In this document: piece by piece, positions 1-10,993 of the stretch
Layout of the letters: the number at the start of each line of letters is the position of its first letter
Position numbering within the stretch: the stretch's first letter is position 1
NCBI GenBank assembly: GCA_041674765.1
Contig: JBAYVE010000001.1
Span: forward strand, 70,177 to 134,176
Reading direction: 5' to 3'
Length of the DNA: 64,000 nt
DNA from: Patescibacteria group bacterium
GTDB taxonomy: Bacteria; Patescibacteriota; UBA1384; XYA2-FULL-43-10; 1-14-0-10-43-13
The notes under the pieces: model-generated
What the model was told of the DNA's origin: nothing
Database searches by the model: none
Seen by the model: the letters and a program-made list of their open reading frames with translations, nothing else
Translations under genes and position numbers: made by a program

Positions 1-1
1 T

Positions 2-400
2 GACTGGATCGACCCTGCCTCAGGCGGTAAAAGCGAAACTATTGTCAATCCGGCAATCTGCCATTCTGCAATTGGCAATTGCCTTAGAATGACTAAAACA
101 GGTTATGGTTATCATATGATTCTTCAAGGTATTGGAAAACTTCAAAAAGGAAAGACATACCGTCTTTCGGTTTGGGCCAAATCAGCTTCTGGAACGGCTC
201 TTGGCCACATAAACCTATATGATAGTGAGAATAGAATCTATAGTGAGACCATGGTGTATATCGGCACAGAGTGGACAAAGATTACAAAGGAGTTAACTGT
301 TTCGGAGGAAAATAACTATTATGATATATTCCTCTACAATGCGACATATTTTGACTATACAATTTACTATGATGATGTTTGGCTTGAACAGATTGATTAA
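2..400 (+). CDS. 5'-partial CDS; C-terminal fragment of a hypothetical, possibly carbohydrate-binding, secreted protein
   Basis: The reading frame is open from the window edge (frame 2 has no stop before the listed ATG at 89). There is no recognisable catalytic motif. Aromatic-rich beta-sandwich-like composition. Confidence 0.35.
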   Translation, partial: DWIDPASGGKSETIVNPAICHSAIGNCLRMTKTGYGYHMILQGIGKLQKGKTYRLSVWAKSASGTALGHINLYDSENRIYSETMVYIGTEWTKITKELTVSEENNYYDIFLYNATYFDYTIYYDDVWLEQID

Positions 401-444
401 GTTTGATAAATTTGTTCTAATTGTTATTTATTTACAAATGCTTT

Positions 445-1407
445 ATGGAAAAAGTATTGTTTTTAGGTTTGAATCATAGTGATATTAAGCTTGTTCACTC
501 TAGTGCGAGTAGGTTGAAAGTTGGTTTTTGTTTCGAAGAAAATATTCCAGCCAAGTTTTCTCCAGAGGTAGAGGTTATATGTCTAAGATATAAAATCAGC
601 TTAAAAAGACAGAAGATTGATCTCTTTCCCAATTTAAAAATGATTTGTGCGATGTCAACCGGCATGGATAATATTGATCTTGGATACTGCTCGAATCGAG
701 GAATCAAAGTTGTAAATCTTCCGGCATATGGTAGCTGCACAGTAGCTGAGTATGCTTTTGCTCTCGCACTGACGCTGTCAAAGAAAATAATCCAGAGCAG
801 GGTGAAGCAGCCGGGGTCAAAGGATTACACCACAATTCAGGGTATTGATCTATTTGGAAAAAAAGTGGCTATTTTAGGTACTGGGAAAATCGGCACTCAT
901 ATTGCCAGGATTGCTAACGGTTTTGGAATGCAGATCTTTGGTTTCGATAAGTTTCTGAACGAGGATTTGACAATAAAGTATGGGCTAGTCTATAAAAATT
1001 TAGAAGAACTGATTGGTTTAGGAGATTTCATTTTTCTTTCACTTCCTTTGAACGAAGAATCATACCATCTGATTGATCAAAGGATACTCCTTAACATTCG
1101 AAAAGATGCCTTCATCATCAATATCGGCAGGGGCGAGTTGATCGACACTTATGCTCTTCTTAACTCACTTATTGAAGGCAGAGTTGCCGGAGCTGCCCTT
1201 GATGTTCTCGAAGAGGAAAAATCAATTTTTGCCACGACAGAAGTGGAGAATAAGGAGATTTATGCTCTAAACCGAAAACTACTGAAGTTGGAGAACGTAA
1301 TTATAACCCCGCATAACGCTTTCAACACTGTCGAGTCTGTTGGAAGGATTATAAGAAATACAGTGGAAAGTGTTTCTCAATTTTATGATCAAAGCAAGAA
1401 GACTTGA
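445..1407 (+). CDS. D-isomer-specific 2-hydroxyacid dehydrogenase family (NAD-binding)
   Basis: GTGKIGTHIARIANGFGMQIFGFD Rossmann GxGxxG motif, and an NIGRGELID...AALDVLEEE catalytic-domain signature typical of glycerate/phosphoglycerate dehydrogenase-like enzymes. An internal ATG at 445 (MEKVLFLGL) is preferred over the TTG at 421. Confidence 0.75.
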   Translation: MEKVLFLGLNHSDIKLVHSSASRLKVGFCFEENIPAKFSPEVEVICLRYKISLKRQKIDLFPNLKMICAMSTGMDNIDLGYCSNRGIKVVNLPAYGSCTVAEYAFALALTLSKKIIQSRVKQPGSKDYTTIQGIDLFGKKVAILGTGKIGTHIARIANGFGMQIFGFDKFLNEDLTIKYGLVYKNLEELIGLGDFIFLSLPLNEESYHLIDQRILLNIRKDAFIINIGRGELIDTYALLNSLIEGRVAGAALDVLEEEKSIFATTEVENKEIYALNRKLLKLENVIITPHNAFNTVESVGRIIRNTVESVSQFYDQSKKT

Positions 1408-1443
1408 ATATAGGAAGCTAAAACGCTATGATAAAAGCGCTAA

Positions 1444-2460
<1,017 letters not shown>

Positions 2461-2472
2461 CTCAAAGGACTT

Positions 2473-3636
2473 ATGGAAAAATTTATCCCATTCGGCCATC
2501 AAACAATAGAGGAAGATGATATAGCGGCGGTGAATCAAGTTCTGCGAAGCGATTGGCTTACTCAGGGACCAAACGTCCTTGCTCTTGAAGAGGAAATATG
2601 TTCTTATACCGGAGCAAAATATTGTGTGGCCGTCGCTAACGGTACTGCTGCTCTCCATCTGGCCGTCTTGTCTTTGGAGATTGAAGCAGGATGTGAAGGC
2701 ATAACAACTCCAAATACTTTTGCAGCTTCCGCTAATTGCTTGGTCTATGCAGACCTTAGGCCCATATTTGCGGATATCAGGCCGGATACTTACAATATTG
2801 ATCTCAAAGAGATCAAGAAGAAAAAAACTGAGAAAACCAAGGTGATAGTCGCCGTTGATTTTGCGGGCCAACCTGCTGATCTTGAAGAAATTCATGAATT
2901 TGCAAAGAAAAATAGTATTTATGTGATTGAAGATGCTGCTCATGCCATTGGCTCAAAATATCAAGATGGTAGCAGAGTTGGTTCCTGCAAATATTCAGAC
3001 ATCACAACTTTCTCATTCCATCCCGCCAAGAACATGACCACTGGTGAGGGCGGTGCAATCACAACAAATAATAAAGATATTTATGAAAGATTGAAGCTAC
3101 TCCGCTCCCACGGAATCACGAAGGAAACTGACAAGTTAGAAAAAAATCCTGGGCCTTGGTACTATGAGATGCAAACTCTCGGGTATAATTATAGACTCTC
3201 AGATATTCAAGCAGCACTTGGAGTTTCGCAAATCGGAAAAATCGAACGATTTTCAAAGAGAAGAAGAGAAATAGTTAAGTTTTATAACCAAAGGTTTACC
3301 AATATTAGCAATCTAATAGCACCCTTTGAAAAAGAGGGAGTCTATTCCGCTTTTCATCTTTATGTCCTTAAAATCGACTTCGAAGCAATTGGCAAAAGCC
3401 GCAAGGAAGTGATGAATCTACTCAGAGAAAAGGGCATCGGAACTCAGGTCCATTATATCCCCGTCCATCTCCAGCCGTATTATCAGGAAATTTACGGATA
3501 TCGAGAGGGAGACTTTCCGGTTGCTGAAGAATACTACGGGAAATGTGTAAGTATTCCCCTTTATCCCAAAATGACAGATTATGACGCAGAGTATGTAGCA
3601 GACACAATCAATAGTATTGTTAGGAGAGATGGATGA
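2473..3636 (+). CDS. pseC: DegT/DnrJ/EryC1/StrS-family PLP aminotransferase (PseC-like UDP-4-keto-6-deoxy-sugar aminotransferase)
   Basis: MEKFIPFGHQTIEEDDIAAVNQVL start and FSFHPAKNMTTGEGGAITTN (PLP-lysine region), both typical of the DegT family. ~387 aa. Confidence 0.8.
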   Translation: MEKFIPFGHQTIEEDDIAAVNQVLRSDWLTQGPNVLALEEEICSYTGAKYCVAVANGTAALHLAVLSLEIEAGCEGITTPNTFAASANCLVYADLRPIFADIRPDTYNIDLKEIKKKKTEKTKVIVAVDFAGQPADLEEIHEFAKKNSIYVIEDAAHAIGSKYQDGSRVGSCKYSDITTFSFHPAKNMTTGEGGAITTNNKDIYERLKLLRSHGITKETDKLEKNPGPWYYEMQTLGYNYRLSDIQAALGVSQIGKIERFSKRRREIVKFYNQRFTNISNLIAPFEKEGVYSAFHLYVLKIDFEAIGKSRKEVMNLLREKGIGTQVHYIPVHLQPYYQEIYGYREGDFPVAEEYYGKCVSIPLYPKMTDYDAEYVADTINSIVRRDG

Positions 3637-4382
3637 ATATCCTAGCAATTATTCCTGCTCGCGGGGGTAGCAAAAGAATTCCATATAAAAATATCAAAGA
3701 TTTCCTTGGTCAGCCGATCATCAAGTATACTGTAGATTCAGCGGTCGAGAGTCAAATTTTCGATGAGGTGATGGTTTCTACAGACGATCCTAAAGTCGCG
3801 AAGATTGCCAGAGAATTTGGTGCAAGCATTCCTTTTCTGAGGACAAAGCATAACTCTAGTGATATGGCTACAATTGCCGATGTTATTACCGAAGTTTTAG
3901 AAGGATACCATCAAAAGGGAAAAGAATTCGATTATTTCTGCTGTGTTTTGCCGGCTGTGCCAACTATCAGTTCCAAGCGAATCAAACTTGGTCTTGATTT
4001 GTTAAGAAAAGAGAAAGCGGACGCCGTTTTGCCTCTTGTTAAGTTTGACTATCCCATTCAACGCGCCCTTCGTATTGAACGGGCCAATGTTGAGATGATT
4101 GAACCCAAGAATGCAAACGTAAGATCTCAGGATTTAGAAGCGACATATCATGATGCCGGACGTTTTTATTGGGCCAGAACAAAATCCTTCCTCGAGCAGA
4201 AAACTTTGTTTATGAGACATATGTTGCCCATAATAATTCCCTCGTGGGAAGTTCAGGATATTGATACTCCGGAGGATTGGAAAATTGCTGAGATTAAATA
4301 TAAGATCAAAGAGATGATCGGGGAAGAGCAAACGTCATTTTATGATGCAACCGATAATAAGCTAATCAAAGTGATCGAATGA
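3633..4382 (+). CDS. pseF: Acylneuraminate (nonulosonate) cytidylyltransferase, PseF/NeuA-like
   Basis: ILAIIPARGGSKRIPYKNI N-terminal motif characteristic of CMP-NeuAc/CMP-Pse synthetases. ATGA start-stop overlap with the upstream gene suggests translational coupling. Confidence 0.7.
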   Translation: MNILAIIPARGGSKRIPYKNIKDFLGQPIIKYTVDSAVESQIFDEVMVSTDDPKVAKIAREFGASIPFLRTKHNSSDMATIADVITEVLEGYHQKGKEFDYFCCVLPAVPTISSKRIKLGLDLLRKEKADAVLPLVKFDYPIQRALRIERANVEMIEPKNANVRSQDLEATYHDAGRFYWARTKSFLEQKTLFMRHMLPIIIPSWEVQDIDTPEDWKIAEIKYKIKEMIGEEQTSFYDATDNKLIKVIE

Positions 4383-5245
4383 AGCTGGCGCTAGGAACAG
4401 TACAATTTGGACTCGATTATGGTATTAGCAACTCTTCTGGAAAAGTGGAAGAGTCCGAGGTCCTAGAGATACTAAAGTTAGCAAAAGATTCCGGTGTTGA
4501 CGTTCTTGATACGGCGTATGCTTACGGTGAAAGTGAGCAAGTTATTGGTAAACACTTGAAAAGTCATCCTTCGGATTTCAAGGTAATTTCAAAGGTTCCT
4601 GACTGCAATTTTGATTCAGTCGAAATCTTTGTGGACGAGAGTTTGAAAAGATTGCAACTCAAGAAACTATATGGATATTTGTTTCATAACTTTCAAATTT
4701 ATAAAAAAAATCCATTTGCACTAGCCGAACTGAATCACTTAAAGAATGTAGGCAAAATAGAGAAAATAGGTTTTTCTCTTTATTATCCCTCTGAACTTGA
4801 AGAAATCATTGATGGAAAAATTACCTGTGATATTATACAGATCCCGTATAGCCTTTTTGATCAAAGGTTTGAAAGTTATTTGAGAATGGCCAAAGAACAT
4901 GGGATAGAGATTCATGCCCGTTCAGTTTTCCTTCAAGGTCTCGTATTTAAGAATCCAAGGGGCCTGGATCTGCAATTCGAAGGTATCCGTGCAAAGTTAG
5001 AGAAGCTCAATGCTCTTTCAAAAAACACCAAGATGCCAGTGTCTGCTCTCGCTTTAAATTTTGCTATTTTGAATCAGTATATCGATAAAGTTGTGATCGG
5101 GGTAGATAGCAGAGACAATCTAAGAGAGAATATAAGTGACTGCAGCTTATCTGATCAGGTAATCAAATTATTACCTGAACTGAAGAAAATGAGAGAAGAC
5201 GATTTAAATATAATCTTGCCGGTAAATTGGAGAAGTAAACAATGA
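4379..5245 (+). CDS. Aldo/keto reductase family oxidoreductase
   Basis: MKLALGTVQFGLDYG... N-terminus and TIM-barrel AKR-like pattern. Translationally coupled within the operon. Confidence 0.6.
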   Translation: MKLALGTVQFGLDYGISNSSGKVEESEVLEILKLAKDSGVDVLDTAYAYGESEQVIGKHLKSHPSDFKVISKVPDCNFDSVEIFVDESLKRLQLKKLYGYLFHNFQIYKKNPFALAELNHLKNVGKIEKIGFSLYYPSELEEIIDGKITCDIIQIPYSLFDQRFESYLRMAKEHGIEIHARSVFLQGLVFKNPRGLDLQFEGIRAKLEKLNALSKNTKMPVSALALNFAILNQYIDKVVIGVDSRDNLRENISDCSLSDQVIKLLPELKKMREDDLNIILPVNWRSKQ

Positions 5246-6006
5246 ACACCATTGCGATGATTCAAGCAAGGACAGGATCAACCCGATTGCCCAAAAAAGT
5301 ATTGCTCAAATTAGGAGGAAAGACCGTTCTTGAGCAGGTAATTGAGAGAGTCCAAAGGAGTAGGAGTATAGATGAAGCTATGGTTGTTACGACTTTAAGT
5401 ATCAACGATCTGGCGATAGTTAAATTATGCGCCGAATTAGGCATTAGGGTTTTCTGTGGATCAGAGGCAGACGTTTTGGACCGCTTCTATCAGGCAGCTA
5501 AAATATTAAAGCCTCAAAATATCGTTAGAGTTACTGCCGATTGCCCTTTAATTGATCCTGATATAATAGATCTTGTTGTTTTAGAGCATAAAAAAAATAA
5601 GAATGACTATACTTCAAATGTTTTGGAAGAGACATTCCCTGACGGTCAGGACAATGAAGTTATCACAATGGCTGCCTTGGAGCAGGCTTGGAATGGTTCC
5701 AATCTTCTCTCGGAGCGTGAGCATGTTACACTTTACATTAGGAATAATCCTGATATCTTCAAGCTTGGGAGCGTGAGGTCAAAAGTAGATTACAGCCGGA
5801 AGCGCTGGACCTTGGACACAAGGGCTGATTATAATTTTTTGGTTGAAATATATAATAAGCTTCATAGCGGAAACCATGTTTTCGGGATGCGTGACATTCT
5901 TGACCTTTTAGAGAAGAACCCCGAGCTTGAAAAAATAAACATTAATATTGATCGGAACGAAGGGCTCAAGAAATCTTTATTAGTTGATAAAATTATGGAT
6001 AAATAG
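5242..6006 (+). CDS. SpsF-like cytidylyltransferase (spore-coat polysaccharide F / CMP-sugar synthetase-like)
   Basis: MIQARTGSTRLPKKVLLKLGGKTVLEQVIERV, closely resembling the B. subtilis SpsF-type N-terminus (IQARMGSTRLPGKVL). Confidence 0.6.
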   Translation: MNTIAMIQARTGSTRLPKKVLLKLGGKTVLEQVIERVQRSRSIDEAMVVTTLSINDLAIVKLCAELGIRVFCGSEADVLDRFYQAAKILKPQNIVRVTADCPLIDPDIIDLVVLEHKKNKNDYTSNVLEETFPDGQDNEVITMAALEQAWNGSNLLSEREHVTLYIRNNPDIFKLGSVRSKVDYSRKRWTLDTRADYNFLVEIYNKLHSGNHVFGMRDILDLLEKNPELEKININIDRNEGLKKSLLVDKIMDK

Positions 6007-6014
6007 GAGAAAAT

Positions 6015-7325
6015 ATGGCAAAAGGCCAAAAATTATATAAAAAGGCTAAAAAGATAATTCCGGGAGGGACACAACTTCTATCCAAGAGACCCGAAATGTT
6101 TCTGCCGGAGAATTGGCCCGCTTATTATAGCAAAGCAAAGGGTTGCAAGATCTGGGATTTGGATGGCAAAGAGTATGTTGACATGAGTTATATGGGGATT
6201 GGGGCCTGTACTTTGGGCTATGCCGACCCAGATGTTAACAAAGCTGTCAAAAAAGTTATTGATGAAGGCAGCATGACAACTTTGAATGCACCTGAGGAAG
6301 TAGAGCTAGCTGAATTATTATGTGATCTTCATCCTTGGGCTGGTATGGTAAGATATGCTCGTTGTGGAGGGGAAGGTATGGCAATTGCAGTTAGGATAGC
6401 AAGAGCGAAGACCGGAAAAGACAAAGTATTATTTTGTGGTTACCATGGCTGGCATGATTGGTATTTGTCGGCCAATCTGGCAAACGACAAAGCTTTAGAT
6501 GGACATTTAATTCCAGGCCTCAGTCCCAATGGAGTGCCTAGGGGTCTGAAAGGCACCTCATATCCGTTTCTCTATAATGATACGAAGGCCTTCCTTAAGT
6601 TAATAGATAAGCATCGAGGACAGATTGCGGCAGTAGTGATTGAATCTGTCAGAAATCACAATCCTAACAAAGACTTTTTTGAAACTATCAGAGCAGTGAC
6701 CAAAAAGGAGAACATCATTCTTATCGTTGATGAGGTTACTGCTGGCTGGAGAGTAAATTTAGGAGGTGCTCATCTACTTTATGGCCCCGAACCTGACATT
6801 GCTGTTTTTGGTAAGGGTATGAGCAACGGGATACCGATGGCTGCCATAATCGGCAAAAAAGAGGTGATGTCTTCGGCACAAGATTCTTTTATCAGCAGTA
6901 CATTTTGGACCGAAAAAATGGGGCCTGCCGCTGCGTTGGCAACTATTAAAAAATTCAAGGAAAGTAAAGTACAGGACCATCTAATCAAAATTGGCAAAAT
7001 GGTCCAGGAAGGATGGGCCAAAGCAGCAAAGAAAGCCGATTTAAAAATAGAAATTGAGGGTATCTATCCGCTTGGTCACTTTACTTTTGTCTATGACAAA
7101 CCTCTAGTTTTGAAGACTTTGTATACCCAAATTATGCTAGAAAAGGGCTACCTTGCTACGACCGCATTTTATTCATCTTTTGCCCAAAAAGAGATCGATG
7201 TTAAGAAATATCTTAAAGCCACAGAAGAGGCCTTCACAATCATTGCCGAAGCGATTCAAAAGGGTAGCGCTGAAAAAATGTTAAAAGGCCCAGCTTGCCA
7301 CTCAGGTTTTGCGAGGCTGACTTAA
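6015..7325 (+). CDS. Class-III PLP aminotransferase (glutamate-1-semialdehyde 2,1-aminomutase-like)
   Basis: 436 aa. YHGWHDWYL and VDEVTAGWRVNLGGAH...GKGMSNGIPMAAI (PLP-lysine region), typical of the GSA-aminomutase-like subfamily found in some nonulosonate and sps clusters. Confidence 0.7.
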   Translation: MAKGQKLYKKAKKIIPGGTQLLSKRPEMFLPENWPAYYSKAKGCKIWDLDGKEYVDMSYMGIGACTLGYADPDVNKAVKKVIDEGSMTTLNAPEEVELAELLCDLHPWAGMVRYARCGGEGMAIAVRIARAKTGKDKVLFCGYHGWHDWYLSANLANDKALDGHLIPGLSPNGVPRGLKGTSYPFLYNDTKAFLKLIDKHRGQIAAVVIESVRNHNPNKDFFETIRAVTKKENIILIVDEVTAGWRVNLGGAHLLYGPEPDIAVFGKGMSNGIPMAAIIGKKEVMSSAQDSFISSTFWTEKMGPAAALATIKKFKESKVQDHLIKIGKMVQEGWAKAAKKADLKIEIEGIYPLGHFTFVYDKPLVLKTLYTQIMLEKGYLATTAFYSSFAQKEIDVKKYLKATEEAFTIIAEAIQKGSAEKMLKGPACHSGFARLT

Positions 7326-7326
7326 A

Positions 7327-8604
7327 ATGTTAGACCAAAAAGAAAAAAAATCAATTTTAGATGGTATTATCCCTGATATGCTCCTCCGCTATCCGAGGTT
7401 TTGGCTTCCCAAAATAAAGGATATGCCGTCGATAATTGAAGGTTTGATTGATGAAATGGAAGCACTTGATAGCGACGCAAGGGCTGGCATCCACATTTCT
7501 AAAGAAGATGCTATGAGGATTAAAGCTGTCTGGGTAGTCTCCGGTACCGGTACTTATTTTGAACCGATCACAACTACTAGCGGCGACCAAATCTATAAAG
7601 ATAAGCCCTGGGCGTATTTCACTGACAAAAAAAGAATCGATCATGGGGTGGCAGTTGTGTTAGCTATTACCAAAGAGAAATTAGGTTCTGCTGCTGATGA
7701 TAACATCCGACGCCATATTTCTAAAAGTGGCCCCTTTCTGGTATATAACGGAATCCCCCTCCAAAATGAGGCTTTAGAATCAATGACAATGAAGGAATCT
7801 TTTCAACTTCCTCCCGACAAACTTTTTATTGCGCCAGGCAAAGTTGCGAGAACACTCGATCAGGTGAAGCAGATTTCTTTCCCAAAAGATTGTCAGTTCA
7901 AAGTTAATGATTTAATCGGTGTTGTTACACATGTTCATCACTATACAAGGGTAATTAGGATGGTAAACCGCTTTAGACCGCTACCTGATGGAGTGAGTAT
8001 AAGGCCATTTTTATTGCCAATCCCGGAAGAGGGAAGAGCATATTCCATGCAAGCTGAAATAAGAGGAATTCTTGCCTATTCGGCGGAGGGAGCTGCAACA
8101 CTAGAAAATTATCCTATCGAAAAGAATCCTAAACAGTCTATTGAAATTTTGCCGGTAGACAAGTCGGATATGCTGTCAGTTTTTAATTTATCAAATGAGC
8201 CTGATGTCAGAGCTGTTTCTTTCAATAATGATGAAATCAAACTGGAAGATCATAAAAAATGGTTTGCTAAAAAAATTGCCGATAAAGATGCAATTTTTCT
8301 AAAGGCAGAAGTAGATGGCAAGTTTGCTGGTCAGATTCGATATGAAATAGAGGGAAATGAAGCACTTGTCGGGATCAGTGTTTCAAAAGATTTTCGAGGT
8401 ATGGGAATTGGTTCAATCCTTCTGTCGAAGGGGGCAAAGTACATTGCTGAAAATAGGCCAGAAGTAACGCTGATTCGAGCTTACATCAAAATCAGTAACC
8501 AAGCCTCGGTGCATCTTTTCGAAAAAAATGGATTTAAGCTGAACAAAAAGGAAACCATCGACGGCAATGAGGCTTTTCTGTATTTATTGGAGATAACAGT
8601 ATGA
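7327..8604 (+). CDS. Two-domain protein: uncharacterised ~290-aa N-terminal domain fused to a C-terminal GNAT N-acetyltransferase (PseH-like)
   Basis: The C-terminal FLKAEVDGKFAGQIRYEIEGNEALVGISVSKDFRGMGIGSILLSKGAKYIA...ASVHLFEKNGFKL is a clear GNAT acetyl-CoA-binding motif. The N-terminal part has no recognisable GT-B PseG motifs. Position between the aminotransferase and pseI fits a PseH/PseG step. Confidence 0.55.
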   Translation: MLDQKEKKSILDGIIPDMLLRYPRFWLPKIKDMPSIIEGLIDEMEALDSDARAGIHISKEDAMRIKAVWVVSGTGTYFEPITTTSGDQIYKDKPWAYFTDKKRIDHGVAVVLAITKEKLGSAADDNIRRHISKSGPFLVYNGIPLQNEALESMTMKESFQLPPDKLFIAPGKVARTLDQVKQISFPKDCQFKVNDLIGVVTHVHHYTRVIRMVNRFRPLPDGVSIRPFLLPIPEEGRAYSMQAEIRGILAYSAEGAATLENYPIEKNPKQSIEILPVDKSDMLSVFNLSNEPDVRAVSFNNDEIKLEDHKKWFAKKIADKDAIFLKAEVDGKFAGQIRYEIEGNEALVGISVSKDFRGMGIGSILLSKGAKYIAENRPEVTLIRAYIKISNQASVHLFEKNGFKLNKKETIDGNEAFLYLLEITV

Positions 8605-9647
8605 GGATAGGTAGTAAAGAGATAAATCAAGATACTCCTGCTTTTATTATTGCAGAGTTATCGGCAAATCATGGCAACGATTTTGAAATTTCAAAAAAAA
8701 CGATTGCTGCTATGAAAGAGTCCGGTGCCGATGCTGTCAAAGTTCAAACTTATACTGCCGATACTATCACAATTAATTCTGACAAAAAGGACTTTTGGAT
8801 AAGTCAGGGCACTATTTGGGACGGTAAAAATCTTCATAAATTGTATGAAGAAGCCGCCATGCCTTGGGAATGGCAGCCAAAATTAAAAAAATTTGCCGAA
8901 GAGTTGGGATTGATCTTTTTTTCCTCACCTTTTGACAAAACTGCGGTTGATTTTCTCGAGGAAATGGATGTTCCTGCTTACAAAGTTGCTTCTTTTGAGA
9001 TTACCGATATTCCATTAATAGAGTATGTCGCAAGAAAACAGAAACCGGTGATTATGTCTACTGGAATTGCTGAATTAAGTGAAATCGAAGAGGCAATCAA
9101 TGCTTGCCACAGAATGGGCAACAATGATGTTATTTTGTTAAAATGTACTTCGGGCTACCCCGCTCCATACGAAGAGATGAACTTGTTGACGATTGCTGAT
9201 ATGAAGGTAAGATTCGATGCATTAGTCGGATTGTCTGATCATTCATTGGGCATAGAAATACCAGTTGCCGCAGTTGCTTTAGGGGCTAAAATTATTGAGA
9301 AACACTTTATTCTTGAGCGTACAATCGGTGGCGCAGACGCTTCTTTTTCCTTGGAGCCGGCTCAATTTAAGCAAATGGTAGATGTTGTTAGAAATACTGA
9401 GCAAGCGCTAGGAAAAATCAACTATGATCTTTCCGAAAAGTCGAAAAGAAGCAGAGAGTTTTCCAGATCCCTCTACGCTGTTCAAGATATAAAAAAAGGT
9501 GAAAAATACACTGAGCAGAATGTACGTTCGATTAGGCCTGGCTTCGGATTACCCCCGAAGCATCTGATGCAAATTATTGGCAAAGAGGCGGCTTGCCAAA
9601 TTGAAAAAGGAACACCCCTAAATTGGAAGCTAGTCAAAAATGATTAA
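8601..9647 (+). CDS. pseI: Pseudaminic/N-acetylneuraminic acid synthase family (NeuB/PseI) with C-terminal SAF domain
   Basis: IIAELSANHGNDFEISKKTIAAMKESGADAVKVQTY (NeuB TIM-barrel signature) and a C-terminal SAF-like region (VRSIRPGFGLPPKHL). Confidence 0.85.
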   Translation: MRIGSKEINQDTPAFIIAELSANHGNDFEISKKTIAAMKESGADAVKVQTYTADTITINSDKKDFWISQGTIWDGKNLHKLYEEAAMPWEWQPKLKKFAEELGLIFFSSPFDKTAVDFLEEMDVPAYKVASFEITDIPLIEYVARKQKPVIMSTGIAELSEIEEAINACHRMGNNDVILLKCTSGYPAPYEEMNLLTIADMKVRFDALVGLSDHSLGIEIPVAAVALGAKIIEKHFILERTIGGADASFSLEPAQFKQMVDVVRNTEQALGKINYDLSEKSKRSREFSRSLYAVQDIKKGEKYTEQNVRSIRPGFGLPPKHLMQIIGKEAACQIEKGTPLNWKLVKND

Positions 9648-10974
9648 ATTATTCCGAATTTTCATCGAAAAGTTGAAAAAAGATGCTAATTTCAGACAAG
9701 TTTTCTCTAATGTTGTTTGGCTTTATTTTGATAGTTTTTTCCAAATGGCAGTGGGCTTTCTAATCGGTGCTTGGGTGGCTCGTTATCTTGGTCCGGAACA
9801 ATATGGCAAACTGAATTATGCGATCTCTTTTACCGCTTTGTTTGGAATCTTTACTACTTTTCAGATCAATAATGTGGTTGTGAGACAAATTATAAAACTT
9901 CCGGATAGGAAGAACCAAATATTCGGTAGCGCGATTGTTATAAAAATGATCGGCTTTTTTATCTCCTCTGTTTTGATTTTTATTGCCACCCGCTTTACTA
10001 ATTTTGAGGATTCAACCATTAAAGTTCTAGTCCTAATTTATACGATAAGCTTATTTTTCCAAATACCAACACTTATCGGTTACTGGTTTGAATCGACATT
10101 GAAGAGTAAGTATACAACCATTACCAATACTATTGTTTTTATCATTTCTAGTATCCTTCGTGTTCTTTTGGTATTGGCGGGGGCGGGATTGGTCTATTTT
10201 GGTTTTATAGGTTTACTAGAATATATTCTTATATCAATATTTCTGATTACAGTTTACGCCCTGAACAAACAAAATATATTTGCCTGGAGAGCAGAATGGA
10301 AGGTAATTAAGTCTTTATTGGCTGAAAGTTGGCCAATTTTATTAGCCGCTATGTTCAGTGTAATTTATCTTAAGTTGGACAAGATTCTTGTAGGGGATAT
10401 GGTTAATCAAGCCACACTAGGCAATTACTCAATTGGGACTGCTATTACAGATCCTCTAGTTTTCGTAGCAACTGCAATTACGGTATCAGTCTATCCGGCA
10501 ATAATTTCTTTGAAAGACAACGATGAAAAACTTTATCGTCAGAGGCTCATATCTCTTGAAAAACTCTTGTTTGTACTCTCGCTGTGTCTGGCAATTCCGG
10601 TAACTTTGTTTTCCGGACAAATAATTCATCTTCTGTACGGTGGTCAATATAGCGAAGCTCCCATAATACTATCTATTTATATTTGGTCACTTGTGCCGGC
10701 CTTTTCTGGGGCCGCAGCGGTCAAAACTCTTTTTGTGGAAAAATTACAGCACTATATTCCCGTCAAAGCCTTTTTGGGAGCGCTAGTTAGTATATTACTT
10801 AACCTGATACTAATTCCTAAAATTGGCGCTATCGGGGCTTGCATAAGCGGTGTATCAGCCTCAATAATGGTCAATTATTTGTCAAATTATTTTTTCAAAG
10901 CAACTAGACCGCTTTTTCTGATTCAGACTAGATCATTCTTGGAGGTCATCTTTTTCTGGATTAAAAAAACCTGA
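9640..10974 (+). CDS. Polysaccharide biosynthesis protein / Wzx-like oligosaccharide flippase (MOP superfamily)
   Basis: 444 aa with ~12 predicted TM helices and a PST-family-like N-terminus (VFSNVVWLYFDSFFQMAVGFLIGAWVARYLGPEQYGKLNY). Confidence 0.65.
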   Translation: MIKLFRIFIEKLKKDANFRQVFSNVVWLYFDSFFQMAVGFLIGAWVARYLGPEQYGKLNYAISFTALFGIFTTFQINNVVVRQIIKLPDRKNQIFGSAIVIKMIGFFISSVLIFIATRFTNFEDSTIKVLVLIYTISLFFQIPTLIGYWFESTLKSKYTTITNTIVFIISSILRVLLVLAGAGLVYFGFIGLLEYILISIFLITVYALNKQNIFAWRAEWKVIKSLLAESWPILLAAMFSVIYLKLDKILVGDMVNQATLGNYSIGTAITDPLVFVATAITVSVYPAIISLKDNDEKLYRQRLISLEKLLFVLSLCLAIPVTLFSGQIIHLLYGGQYSEAPIILSIYIWSLVPAFSGAAAVKTLFVEKLQHYIPVKAFLGALVSILLNLILIPKIGAIGACISGVSASIMVNYLSNYFFKATRPLFLIQTRSFLEVIFFWIKKT

Positions 10975-10993
10975 TAATTGAAAGAGAGTCAAT

